This document shows, in pieces, positions 52,637 through 64,000 of a DNA stretch of 64,000 bases. The stretch is taken from the NCBI GenBank assembly GCA_951406725.2, contig OX597831.1:7440001-7504000 (forward strand), read 5' to 3'. Every line of letters starts with the position of its first letter. Within the stretch, counting starts at the first letter, position 1. The DNA comes from Octopus vulgaris. Its lineage: Eukaryota. The notes below the pieces were generated by a model. That model was not told the origin of the DNA and did no database searches. It was given only the letters and a program-made list of their open reading frames with translations. A program made the position numbers and the translations under genes.

Positions 52637-53467
52637 AAATATATTCAATACTCCATGTGTTGGCATATCTATGTATGTGCGTGTGTATTCACTGTGAACA
52701 TCCTTTGTATTTTTGGTATTTTTTAATGATTTTTTTTATAGTATTTGCTTTTATATATGTATGTGTGTGTGTATATATGCTGTGAAAACAAATAATTCTA
52801 TTACGACTCGAAATATTTACAGTAAATTTCAAAAATTATAAATGAAATCGAAAGACAATAAAATTAACTCCAAAGAATAAAACACTTTTTGTTGTTTTTT
52901 TTTTTCTATTTCAATTTTAAAATTAAATTTCCAAATCAACTTTTCTCGGCAAAAACAACAACAAAAAACTTGTTTTCCATTTTATCTCTTTTTTTTTTCC
53001 TTTTTTTTTTTTTTTCTTAAATTCTTTGAAGACTTCTGGTTCAAACGTAATCGCAATCGTTTTGATTTTGCAATAAACTAAAATATAAAATGAAAACAAT
53101 TTTATTAGGAATAAACCGTCAGCCGCCTGCAGTGTACAATGAGTCGACAAAATAACAGCCAATCCTCCCTTCGGCTGCACCTTACCATCTCAAAAAGAGA
53201 TGAGCAGATTGGATAATATTAAAAAGATAATGAAAAAATTGAAAAAACGAGACACCCATTCGCAAAGGTCAGTTTACTGCTAACCCTAAACACCCAGCAG
53301 TTTAAATAAAATAATGAAATCGATGTAACTAGACATTTCTTGGGCCGTTTCCTTCTGAGGAAGCGGGGCCTTTGCGCCGGAAATATAAAAGGATTTTGTA
53401 AAACTTTCTGCATTGTTAGAAGCTTTCTCTATTTTCCTTTTTTTTATTCTTTCAAGCAAATTCTTGT

Positions 53468-53860
53468 ACATACATACATGATGGCTGTCCCCTCGTTATC
53501 GAGTATGGTCATTGCACGAAGCTTAACTGTTATTGGTGCTGTGATCGAATGTGACTTTTTAGCCCAGCTAAAGATCTACAATATCTTGTACAGAATTGGC
53601 AGCTAAATACCTTTACCGGCAATAGCCGGCTGTAGTTGTAACTGGGTTTCATGTACCTTTGCATGTCGTTTTAGTCCTCCTGCCGAATTACACTCTCTTC
53701 CACATGCCTGGCAGATATGATTAGTATGGTGTGTAACACCACCACCAGTGACCAGGTTGTCACTCATCTGTCTCGCTTTATGACTATGAAGATGGCTCTT
53801 GAGTCTAGCTTTACTGAGGCAGGGTCTTGCACAGACACTGCATGTCAGCATCATAGGAAG
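53468..53860 (-). mobile_element. RTE-like LINE 3' end with two C2H2 zinc fingers and (TATG)n tail
   Basis: CSVC..PCLSKARLKSHLHSH and CQACGRECNSAGGLKRHAKVH; ends CTCGATAACGAGGGGACAGCCATC-ATGTATGT. Confidence 0.75.
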
Positions 53861-53888
53861 ATACATACATACATGCATGCATACATGC

Positions 53889-53919
<31 letters not shown>

Positions 53920-53975
53920 TGTATGTATGTATGTATGTATGTATGTATGTATGTATGTATGTATGTATGTATGTG

Positions 53976-54504
53976 TCAGGTCACTTTCGAGTGCTACTGG
54001 TAACATGTAACCCAGTACAACCTGGTGCATGGTCAGGTCGTCGGCGACTAAACCGGCAACCCCACCAAGCTTGCTTGGTGAGGAGGGTGTTTATTGGATA
54101 CCCTGCGGGATGAAAAACAAAACCTGTCAAAGGGCGGAGGAACTCTTGAGAGTCAACGGCCAGCCGATAAATGTCTTAAGGCTGTATCATGCGCGGGGAC
54201 ATAGAAATAATCGGACTGAATACCCGATCGCACGGTTAAACCATTGGGAGTGAAGGACTCCTAGCTTTTGTTAGGGAATCCTTCTAGGAGAAGGTAACTC
54301 AGGTAACTGGGATAACTCCGACATAAATCTGCGGCTCAGTGGTTACCGATGATGTTGACTTGTTACTTCTTTTCGGATCCCACTCAGTGCACAGCCTTTC
54401 CTCACTTTAAAAATAATCTTCTTGCACAGGCATTGCACGATAACAACATTGATTAAGCTTCGTGCAATGGCCATACTCGATAACGAGGGGGCAACCACCA
54501 TGTA
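53976..54504 (+). mobile_element. Non-coding non-autonomous retroposon sharing the 3' tail of the adjacent LINE
   Basis: Ends TTAAGCTTCGTGCAATGGCCATACTCGATAACGAGGGGGCAACCACCATGTAT, matching the reverse complement of 53475-53526; no tRNA head seen. Confidence 0.75.
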
Positions 54505-54658
54505 TAAATATGTGTTTGTATGCATTAATATTTGTTTTTATGTAAAGTCCACATGTGAAAGCAATTTAAGATTAAATCGAAACCCTTCATTCTAACGAAC
54601 CCGCCAAATTGCTGTCTGAACGCTTTGTTATTGAGGGAAACGGTGATAGACGGGAGAG

Positions 54659-55041
54659 TGGAGGCGCAATGGCCCAGTGGTTAGGGCAGCGGACTCGCGG
54701 TCGTAGGATCGCGGTTTCGATTCCCAGACCGGGCGTTGTGAGTGTTTATTGAGCGAAAACACCTAAAGCTCCACGAAGCTCCGGCAGGGATGGTGGTGAT
54801 CCCTGCTGTACTCTTTCACCACAACTTTCTCTCACTCTTACTTCCTGTTTCTGATGTACCTGTATTTCAAAAGGCCGACCTTGTCACTCTCTGTGTCACG
54901 CTGAATATCCCCGAGAATTACGTTAAGGGTACACGTGTCTGGGGAGTGCTCAGCCACTTACGCGTTAATTTCACGAGCAGGCTGTTCCGTTGATTCGGAT
55001 CAACCGGAACCCTCGTCGTCGTAACCGACGGTGTGCTTCCA
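54659..55041 (+). mobile_element. SINE family B, body type 1
   Basis: Full copy. Confidence 0.92.
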
Positions 55042-55054
55042 CATGTCTGTCACA

Positions 55055-55400
55055 TATATTATTGAACCACCCAGTGATTCTGGGGCCTCATCAAATGATT
55101 GCTTAACGTGTGTTCTTAAGCTTCGTTCTATATGTTAGACCCTAAAATGTGCCCATTAACTCTTCCTGCGCAAGTTTTGGCCGGATTAACAGAATCTGTA
55201 TTCAGAGTTATTATAAGAAAGTGAGGTTTATAATCCTTGAAGTTGGTGAAAGGCGTGGGTGGCAGCAAATATTCAACTCTGTCTTCTATTTGAAGATCGG
55301 TGGCTGCGCCTTTAATCTCTAAATTTATGGAACTGTATACATCGGTGCCTGATGTCTTGGAGTCGTCGTTGGGGATAATGTTGGACAGAAGCTTATTGGA
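55055..55400 (-). pseudogene. Penelope-like element RT-region fragment (second family)
   Basis: KLLSNI...INLEIK..A.DLQIEDRVE...PFTNFKDYKPHF...VNPAK...G.V..HIL, a pattern seen in Penelope ORFs just before the RT core. Confidence 0.65.
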
Positions 55401-55814
55401 AGCAAAACGCGCGCGCGCGCGTGTGTGTGTATGTGCATGTACGAGTGTATGTGTGTGTGTGTGTGCATATGCATGCTTTTGTGTGCATCTGTGTGTAAAC
55501 ATCTATCAATATAGATATATATATATGCGTGTATATATATATATACGTGTATATACATATATGTATATGTATATATGTGGGTGTATATATATATATATAT
55601 ACGTGTGTGTATATGTGTATGTATATATATATATACACACACATACAAATACATATAAATATAGATATAGATGAATATACATACACATACACACACATAA
55701 ATGCATGCATGGACATGTGAATGTATATGCGTGTGTGTATGTATGTATGTATATACACGCACGCACACACACACACAGACAGACACACACACATACATAC
55801 ATACATACATACAT

Positions 55815-55879
<65 letters not shown>

Positions 55880-56329
55880 TATATATATATATAGGGCAGC
55901 AAAAGATGTCGTCGTATCGCAAGCGTGCATGCTTTGTTAGGTTTCCCTTAAACTGATTAGCGCTGGTAAATATCCCAAGAGACCTGGATTTCCTTTTTAA
56001 CGTACACAATAATAGCAGTCGGTGAATGGTGGAACCTTACTGCCAATCACACTGGATGACAAACAACAACAATAGCAACAACAATGACAATATGGCAAGC
56101 ATTTGCGAAGTAGAAAAAACCAAATTTATTATATTCACAATTAAAAAGGAACAAATGAGAAGTTTGGATATTCTTTGAATATTGTTTTGTCAAAATGCTA
56201 AAACGCAACTCGTAATATGTCACAATCTTGCCTTCAACTTCGAAATTTGACAAGGTTTTCTTCCTCCACCTCTCTCGACCCCACCTCTCTCTCTCTTTCA
56301 TAGAAATTGCTTGTATTTTTCTCTTCTAC

Positions 56330-56381
56330 GTACCTACCTATCTGTCTATCTATGTGACTCTTTGTTTATCTTTCTATTTGT

Positions 56382-56457
<76 letters not shown>

Positions 56458-56765
56458 TTATCTGTCTGTCTCTATCTACCTATCTACCTACTTACCTACC
56501 GACTTACCTATCTATCATCTATCTATCTATCAATCTATCTAGCTATGTATCTCTCTATCTCTCTATCCCTGTCTATTTTTCTATCTGTCTATCTATTAAT
56601 ATCTCTATCTATCTATCTGTCTGTCTGTCTGTCTATCTCTCTATCTCTATATATATCCATCCAACCATCCATCCATCTATTCATCTACCTATCTATCTAA
56701 TTCTCTCTCTCTCTTTCTCTCTCCCTCTCTCTCCCTTCCCCCCTCTCTCTCTCTCTCCATCTCTC
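56330..56765. repeat. (TATC/TGTC)n and (TC)n array
   Basis: Seen directly. Confidence 0.95.
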
Positions 56766-57486
56766 AAGCTAACTAAAATGGATTACCTACACATTCAAGA
56801 GAAACCCATGAATAAATTATGAACGATTTAATATTCCTTTCGACTTCTCTTTTTTTGGTTTCCTTTTTATCTTTTCTTCTCCTTCCAATTTTCCTCTACT
56901 TCTAAAGTTCTCTTCTTCGTGTTGCATTGTACACATCATTTTTGTCTCATATTGCCAAAGTCAGCCAATATTACCTGAAGACGGAACACATGTTCGGCTG
57001 CTCCCGACGGATTCCAAGCAATCTATATTAAGTCATTAGATCTACACTCAGGAGACAATGAGAAACTTAACTCTGCTGTTATTATTTTAGTCTTTTCTTT
57101 TCCACGGGATGAAAACGTAAATGGATTTGGACAATAATTAGAAATATTAACAACCTTTAACCATTTCTTAGATCAGAATAATCAAGCGGAATCCCCGTAA
57201 GTGAAGAAAATTATGGCAATTCTAATCGGGGCTAAATCTGAATGCGTACGACAGCTTTCAACTCGAGAATACCGAAGAGACGAAGTTAACGTTGAGATAA
57301 GGTTATAAATGTATTTGTGATCTGTGCGTCTTGATTAGAACATAGTGAAACATCTCTCAATCTATTTAGACTGAATACGGTGACACAAGATTATCAATAA
57401 ATTCAAATTTTAGATCCATGTAATTTATCATAGATGTATGACCTTTGATACTGCGGTAATTTGCAGATGCTATTTCATTGCGGTAA

Positions 57487-57929
57487 GGCGGCGAGCTGGC
57501 AGAACCGTTAGCACGCCGGGCGAAATGTTTAGCAGTATTTCGTCTGTCTTTACGTTCTGAGTTCAAATTCCGCCGAGGTCGACTTTGCCTTTCATCCTTT
57601 CGGGGTCGATAAATTAAGTACCAGTTACGCACTGGGGTCGATGTAATCGACTTAATCCGTTTGTCTGTCCTTGTTTGTCCCTTCTGTGTTTAACCCCTTG
57701 TGGGCAATAAAGAAATAAGAAACGTTAGCACGCCGGGCGAAATGTTTAGCAGTATTTCGTCTGTCTTTACGTTCTGAGTTCAAATTCCGCCGAGGTCGAC
57801 TTTGCCTTTCATCCTTTCGATAAATTAAGTACCAGTTGCGCACTGGGGTCGATGTTATCGACTTAACCCCTTTGCCTGTCCTTGTTTGTCCCCTCTGCGT
57901 TTAGCCCCTTGTGGGTAATAAAGAAATAG
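57487..57929 (+). mobile_element. SINE family A tandem dimer
   Basis: Full unit, then a second unit starting at GAAACGTTAGC (about 57719); TSD-like TATTTCATTGC/TATATCATTGC. Confidence 0.92.
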
Positions 57930-58189
57930 TTATATCATTGCTGTTGTATAGCCCTGGGCTGGCTCTGATTGAGCAGTCGTTATTTGCCACACAGGTCATC
58001 GACCGAGCGATGATACGCTGAGGCACAGATCCTATGACACTGGGGACATGTTGCATTCTTGCTACCGTTCAGTGTGTTTGTGTTCGCCTGTAGATTCTAG
58101 TGATAGCTATATCTGAGGGCTGGGCGACGTGGACTTGGCCAGAGAGAGAGAGAGAGAGAGACAATCGTATTTCTCAGTGCTTCTTGTTG

Positions 58190-58446
58190 GTGCTGTTTGT
58201 TTGTTTGTTTGTTGAGCGAAGCGGTCTTTGTCCCAGACTGGAAGAAGTCCGAAACGTGGTCCTTTGCTACTCGCGAGACCCGCAGAAGAGAAAGCAGGTC
58301 AACCCCCGACACCGAGAACATCGACGGATGGATGAATGCGCATTCAGGCTCAGCGGTTGCGTAGGAAGTCGGGGACAAGAAACAGGAAGAAAGAGTGAGA
58401 GAGAGTTGGGGCGAAAGAGTACAACAGAGGTCGCCGCCACCCCCTG
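58190..58446 (-). mobile_element. SINE family B, body type 2 (5' truncated)
   Basis: Reverse complement of the 29.2-29.4 kb body with an (AAAC)n tail. Confidence 0.85.
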
Positions 58447-58457
58447 TGTGTTTTGTG

Positions 58458-58646
58458 CCCTAGAGTAGCTGGGGGGGGGGGGACGAGCGGGCAGTCCACA
58501 CCGGGCAAGAAGCGGTCTATTCTGACCGACGTTTTTATAGAGACGGCACTTTTGGGTTTGCTGTATAAGTCTGTATAGGGAGGGGTCAAGGGCTACAGAA
58601 AACTGAAGGACTTCCCTGACCGGTATACATTGTAGCTACGCCACTG
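58458..58646. mobile_element. hAT-like MITE
   Basis: Right end AGCTACGCCACTG, eroded left end TAGAGTAGCT; TSD GTTTTGTG/GTTTGGTG. Confidence 0.6.
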
Positions 58647-58659
58647 GTTTGGTGGTGCC

Positions 58660-59560
58660 TTTTAATGTAATGCGAAGGAGTGTGGAGACTAAAGCTTGCA
58701 GCGGCCCAAAACTGTGCTCTTTGTATGCCTTGTTAGTCCTTCGTATCAATATTTTCGTTTCATTGCATGATCTGTGGATGTGGTCAATGTACAGCCTATT
58801 ATGATGCGTAGTGTGCTGGTTGGGACCCTTTGTTGTTTTTTGAGGAAATATCAGGGACCCAGGTTGTCAATGATGGATCCAATGTATTTGTCTGTACACC
58901 GTTGTTGTTACTTTCTTCACTGGCATCAAATATGTTGAATATTTTATGTTGAGTATTTTTCTATGAGTGGATGGCGATGAATGGAATTGAAAGCTTTATC
59001 GATGCCAATGATCGAAGAGTATACGTGGCAGGGTTTTTCGTTGAAACTACCAAATACTTTCTGCTTGTGACTAGTGTGGTGGTTGACTGTGGAGGCCTGA
59101 AATTGTGTTGTGCTCAGGAGAAGCTGTGAGAAATGTCAATGATTAGCCATTCTACAATTTCTTTTTAGGATGTGTGTAAGAGAGTGATTAATCTGTATGA
59201 TAGTACTTCGCTTGGATTTTTCTTGGGTTTTAGAATTGTTCTGGTTTTGCCCAACTTCCAGATTCTGTGAATTTGTGCTAAAGGTTTTTTGTTATGAACG
59301 AGTGATTGAGTATTTGGCTTGTCTTTCAACAAGACAGGCCTGACTCCATCGTAGGATACTCTCGAGATGTCTATTTAAGGAGTCGATGCAGATTTGGGGT
59401 GAGGTGCCCACATTGCATGAAGAATGAAGAGTTGTATTATTTGCGGAGCAGGTGACAGTACTCGGGTTGTTGGGAATAGTGTGAGGAGCAAAACCGATCC
59501 CCGCAGCACACTTGGTCCAAATGATTACAACAGAATTGTCTCTGCTGGAAAAGAAAAAAG
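58660..59560 (-). pseudogene. Highly decayed Jockey/I-group LINE RT fragment
   Basis: IWKLGKTRTILKPKK and QHNFRPPQSTTT motifs in order on the minus strand. Confidence 0.5.
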
Positions 59561-59762
59561 CCAAGAAGCAAATGGCGGTGGGGAGGTGTAAAGCTGTTCG
59601 ATGGATTAACTCTAGCACCCATGTAAGCTACTGCAGGATTTGAACTCAGGACGCAAAGAGCCGGAAAATGTACCGCATGGCTTCCCACCCAACACTCAAA
59701 TGATTCCGCCAGTCCACAACGGCTCAAGCCTAGTGTCTTATTATTTAATAACCCCAGGACTG

Positions 59763-59990
59763 TGAGCTGGCAGAATCGAAGTTGGCAGAATCGTTAGCGC
59801 GTCGGACAGAAATGCTTAGCGGCATTTCTTCTGGCTCTTTACGTTTGGAGTTCAAATTCCGTCGAAGTCGACATTGCTTTTCATCCTTTCGGGGTCAATA
59901 ACATGCGAAGAGTTAAGCACTGAGCTCGATATAATCGATTTATCTCCTCCCCTAAAATGACTGACTTTGTGCTTAAAACTTGAAATAATT
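59763..59990 (+). mobile_element. SINE family A, older variant
   Basis: TGGCAGAATCGTTAGC, GAGTTCAAATTCC, GCTTTTCATCCTTTCGGGGTCAATAA. Confidence 0.75.
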
Positions 59991-60471
59991 ATGTAATGAC
60001 CTCAAGGCAGCGAACCGGCAATAAATATCGCAACGTATTTCAGACGATGTTCGAATAACTTTATACCAGTTCACTGCTTATAATTGTTTGACAAAGAATC
60101 AAAATTTACAGGTTTTTTTTTCAGAGTTTTTTTAGAGTTATATTCAGTTTTAATTGGCTTTCATAGCTTCTGTGCAAGTCGTCGCCGTACATAAGCATAG
60201 ATTCATACAATAGGAAACGTGTGAAGCGGGTCACTTCTAATGCAGAATCTTTTGTGCAACTCACCATTGAATGAATTTATCGAAGTCATGGAGAGCAGTT
60301 TAATGATGAAATAAATTGGAACTGGCTGAGTGTGTATGAGCGTGTGTGTGTGTGTGTGTGTGTGTGTATCTACATACGCACATATTTCAATATATATATA
60401 TATGTGTGTGTGTGTGTGCAGACATATATATGCACGTGTGTGTATTTGTATGCAACACACATGTACAAATA

Positions 60472-60526
<55 letters not shown>

Positions 60527-60533
60527 GTGTATG

Positions 60534-60580
<47 letters not shown>

Positions 60581-60588
<8 letters not shown>

Positions 60589-60990
60589 GACAAAATGTCT
60601 GTCTGTGTGTGTGTGTCCTTTATACAAATCCACAATTTTTCAGTTTGAGGGCTCGCACTTTCTATGGTTATTCAAAACCGTCCAAGAGTAGTCGTGCACA
60701 TCTTTACATTTCCCCAGTCACCATGCAAAGCCATTAAAAATTCAATAGAAGTGACTTTTTTGTGAATTTTCTATCCAAAACCCAATCAAAATGCCCAAAA
60801 CTTGATACGCCAATTGAATGCCAGCTAGATGTATGTGATTGGTTGGAGACTTGGACAGTACTCGCGCGTATGTGCGCATGCACGCAGCTGTATATGCATG
60901 CACTAGCACTATGACCCGGACACCTGATAAGATCGCTATTTTAAATAACGATCTTACAAAATACTTTTATTTTAGGGATATTATGTTTTC
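60581..60990 (+). mobile_element. Second non-autonomous Helitron-like 5' fragment
   Basis: (TA)n-AAACGACAAAATGTCTGTCTGTGTGTG-CCTTTATACAAATCCACA layout; no 3' CTAG end found. Confidence 0.4.
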
Positions 60991-61089
60991 GTTTCCTTTT
61001 ATGCCAAATGTCAAGTTTAGCCTGAACACCCTGTGTGTGCATAAATACATACACGTCAAATAAATATACATACACATTACACACTCATA

Positions 61090-61495
61090 TATATACATAT
61101 ATATATATCGTGGCATTCCGTCGCTTACGACGACGAGGATTCCAGTTGATCCGATCAACGGAACAGCCTGCTCGTGAAATTTACGTGTAATTGGCTGAGG
61201 CTGAGCACTCTACAGATGTGTGTACCCTTAACGTAGTTCTCAGGGAGATCCAGCGTGTCACAGAGTGTGACAAGGCTGGCCCTTCGAAATACAGGTACAA
61301 CAGAAACAGGAAGAAAGAGTGAGAGAAAGTTGTGGTGAAAGAGTACAGCAGGGTTCGCCACCCCTCCCTGCCGGAGCCTCGTGGAGCTTTAGGTGTTTTC
61401 GCTCAATAAACGCTCACAACACCCGGTTTGGGAATCGAAACCGCAATCCTACGACCGCGAGTCTGCTACCCTAACCACCGGGCCATTGCGCCTCC
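61090..61495 (-). mobile_element. SINE family B, body type 1
   Basis: Full reverse-complement copy. Confidence 0.9.
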
Positions 61496-61594
61496 GCCCA
61501 CACTCACATACAACGATATCAACATACATACATATATACATAAATAAGTACATACACACACACACACACATCTATGCATATACACATATATATC

Positions 61595-61652
<58 letters not shown>

Positions 61653-62119
61653 ATATATTATATTATATTTGGAGAGGTTTGAGGGTTTTGTTTGTTTGGC
61701 TTTTGTAAATCGCTCCAAATCGACGCCAACATCGCTGCTTTTGCTACACCCACATTAACTTAAGCATCCCGAATCTAAATCTCTTGAAAATTATTCCACG
61801 CTGCACGCCAATTGCCGCAGCATTGAAAATTATTTATTAAGCTGCATATCCTTAAATTTTTCTCTGTGGGAATTACCATATATTGTCTTTTCACTCCCTT
61901 CTGCCCCTAGCAAATGTGTAGGTGTCTGATAAACTGAGATATATCGAAGTGAAATTCATCTCAGACTTGAAGACTTCTCAAAATTTCGATCTTGTCTTCT
62001 GCTAACAAAATTTTGGTGTATTTTTGATTTGGTTTTGTTATTATAATTTTTCCTATTTATTTTATTTCACGTTATTTTATTTATTGTCATTATTGTTGTA
62101 AAGTTATTCCACGTTACTT

Positions 62120-63150
62120 TAAGGAGTAGGGATGTTGTCTTGCGGAATAGCCAGTCTTTATGGAGGGGATCCCACCGGATCCTGTAATTATTATTCCCCA
62201 TCACAGGCTCAGCTTTGGGATCTTTTCGGTTTGAAGGGCAGTTTTTACCATAGTTTCTAGGTAACTAAAAAATTTGAAACTTCGTATACTGGTAGAATGT
62301 GTTTATAAAACATCTTTTTCTCTTGGCTTTATTGAGAAAATTCTATAGTTTGTAAGATATTTGCTGTTTTGTTTTCTTCAATTTCTGCAATTTCAACCAA
62401 TCAATGACATCCATTAAGGTAATAAAAAAAAACATTCTATGCCGTATGAATATGTCCCTCGTTTAAGAAACAGATTGGGTTTATTTACATTTGTGAAGAA
62501 AAAAAGATACCCTTTCCCCCACCCCTAACCCTAAAACAGATTAAAATGCAATAGATCGATACTAGGGTCATAATTATGGGTGACAATTTCATATGACACC
62601 GCTAGAAAAAAAAAAGATCCCGGCTTTGTACCACTTTTCCATCACTTTGAATCCACACTCTTGGCCGACATCCCAATCCTCTCTTTCATCAACACAGTCA
62701 TGCCTGCGCTTAAACTCTTTTTTGTCCTCGCTCATTTTCTTTTCCCGAGCGGCTATCATTAGCGATTCAGCTTCTCATTTCTGGTTTCCTTCTGTCGGCC
62801 ACAACCAGCATTCTTTACTTCCAGCATCCTAAGTTTGTTGCATGTACTCATCTGTAACTCCTTCCCTTTCCAGCCATATCTCCCGTGGTTCTTCCTTTTG
62901 CTCTTGAGTTCTTTTACTATCCTTCTGTTTCAGTGACTTTTTCTTTCTTCACATTGCATAACAATTTTTCAAATCCAATGTCGCAGTATCCATGAAATAT
63001 TCTGCGACCATCAAACCTCCGTCGTGTTCCTTTTTTAGCAAATGGCGTCTGTCAGTATTACTTTCAGGATGATGTGTATTGTGAGCAACTCCTTGGGTTT
63101 TCTATCGATTTTCTGTACCTCTGTCTTTGTCCATTTCAGAAAAGTGACAG
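62120..63150 (-). pseudogene. Decayed R4/Dong-like LINE fragment split by a MITE
   Basis: LKWTKTEVQKIDRK, HHPESNTDR, and EKWYK|AEPV..NNYRI.WD reading across the MITE. Confidence 0.7.
62218..62620. mobile_element. MITE with 8-bp TSD, GG termini and CCCTAA repeats (Merlin-like)
   Basis: Ends GGATCTTTT / AAAAGATCC; TSD CAGCTTTG/CGGCTTTG. Confidence 0.8.
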
Positions 63151-63152
63151 AA

Positions 63153-63414
63153 TGTAAGGGTAGGATTCATGGCAGACGAACTGTAGGCAGATACTTCGCT
63201 GCGGGCTAACTAGGAAGTTGGTCAGTAGGGAAAAAAGGACTTCCGGACGGGGAACGATAACAAAAGAATGACAACAGCGTGCGCGAAACGAATCTGAGGG
63301 AACTATATAAAAATAACTGACGGCTTAAGACCTATTGTACCTAAAGTAATAAACCTTTGGTAAATGCATACTCGTCTCCACTCGTTTATTTACATATAGC
63401 TTAACAAAGCTATA
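63153..63414 (+). mobile_element. 5' LTR of a Ty3/gypsy retrotransposon
   Basis: Starts TGTAAG; TATATAAAA at 63304; AATAAA at 63348; directly followed by a PBS and gag. Confidence 0.8.
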
Positions 63415-63416
63415 AC

Positions 63417-63434
63417 TGGTGACTCCGATGTGAT
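63417..63434 (+). promoter_or_regulatory. tRNA-Trp primer-binding site
   Basis: TGGTGACTCCGATGTGAT versus canonical TGGTGACCCCGACGTGAT (two C-to-T differences). Confidence 0.88.
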
Positions 63435-63463
63435 AAACCACAGCTTCCGCTACCGAAACAAAC

Positions 63464-63998
63464 ATGGCTGGCAACAAAACACCCCTGAGGCTACCGCAGT
63501 TCTGGTCTAAGAGGGCTGAGCTGTGGTTCGTGCAGGCGGAAGCTCAGTTTGATATAAACAAGATAACGGCCGACCAAACAAAGTACTCGCACGTTGTGGC
63601 GGCACTAGACGAAGACACAGCAACAAGGGTGCTGGACATTTTAATCCCCCCCCCCCCCACCAATAAACAAATACGCCATATTGAAAGATAGGCTAGAGGA
63701 TACATTCCGACGCAGTGAAAGAGAAGCAGCAGCCAAGATACTGGAGGAGGAATTGGGCGATTCCAAGCCTTCGGAACTGATGGACAGGGTGTTGGCATTA
63801 GCTCCCCCCGGTGAGTCACTTTCCATTTTGTTTAAAGAAATATTTCTCCGCAAGCTGCCACCCCAGGTCCAGGCCTTCATAACTCAGACCGAAATCAAGG
63901 ACCTGCGGCAATTAGCAAAGGCAGCCAACATGAATTTTTTTATCCAGTGGTGTCCTGGTCAACGCAATAGGGTCGGCTCCGAGACTAGGTGGGTTTAA
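63464..63998 (+). pseudogene. gag: Ty3/gypsy (CsRN1-like) Gag, frameshifted; element continues beyond the window
   Basis: LRLPQFW...LWFVQAEAQF...ITADQTKYSHVVAAL, then LKDRL...LGDSKPSELMDR...IFLRKLPPQVQ in a second frame. Confidence 0.88.
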
Positions 63999-64000
63999 GC

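Noticed and set aside
53976-54060. HDV-like ribozyme at the 5' end of the RTE-related element (also 5000-5135)
   Set aside because: I could not assign P1, P3 and P1.1 by hand; needs a descriptor search.
56975-57000. CTGAAGA followed by a GAAC/GTTC hairpin
   Set aside because: No GAAA or stem III follows.
58230-58265. CTGGAAGAAGTCCGAAACGTGG in SINE B body 2 as a hammerhead
   Set aside because: No CUGANGA core, UG at the cleavage position, and the segment is not conserved in the other two copies.

Overview
Repeat-dense, AT-rich animal genomic DNA. The SINE families, microsatellite load and neuropeptide sequence point to an octopus or other coleoid cephalopod (inference). Nearly all ORFs in the supplied track are microsatellite or SINE artefacts. 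One host gene is recoverable: a CCAP (crustacean cardioactive peptide)-type neuropeptide precursor on the + strand, with a signal-peptide exon (480-584), a probable middle exon (14534-14611) and a peptide exon (20425-20619, KR-VFCNTFGGC) that the ORF track misses. The rest is layered mobile DNA: three tRNA-derived SINE families, R4/Dong-like LINEs in (TAA)n/(TGA)n, RTE LINEs in (TATG)n, Penelope RT fragments, a decayed IR/DR Tc1 element, mariner-, hAT- and Merlin-like MITEs, Helitron-like ends, and the 5' end of a tRNA-Trp-primed Ty3/gypsy element at the right edge. The most unexpected signal is a set of about ten type-I hammerhead-ribozyme-like motifs from several unrelated sequence families. 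One is complete and antisense inside CCAP intron 2 (16208-16300), and a relative of it forms a 200-bp palindrome. All calls were made by eye; no searches or folding were run, and repeat boundaries are approximate to a few bases.
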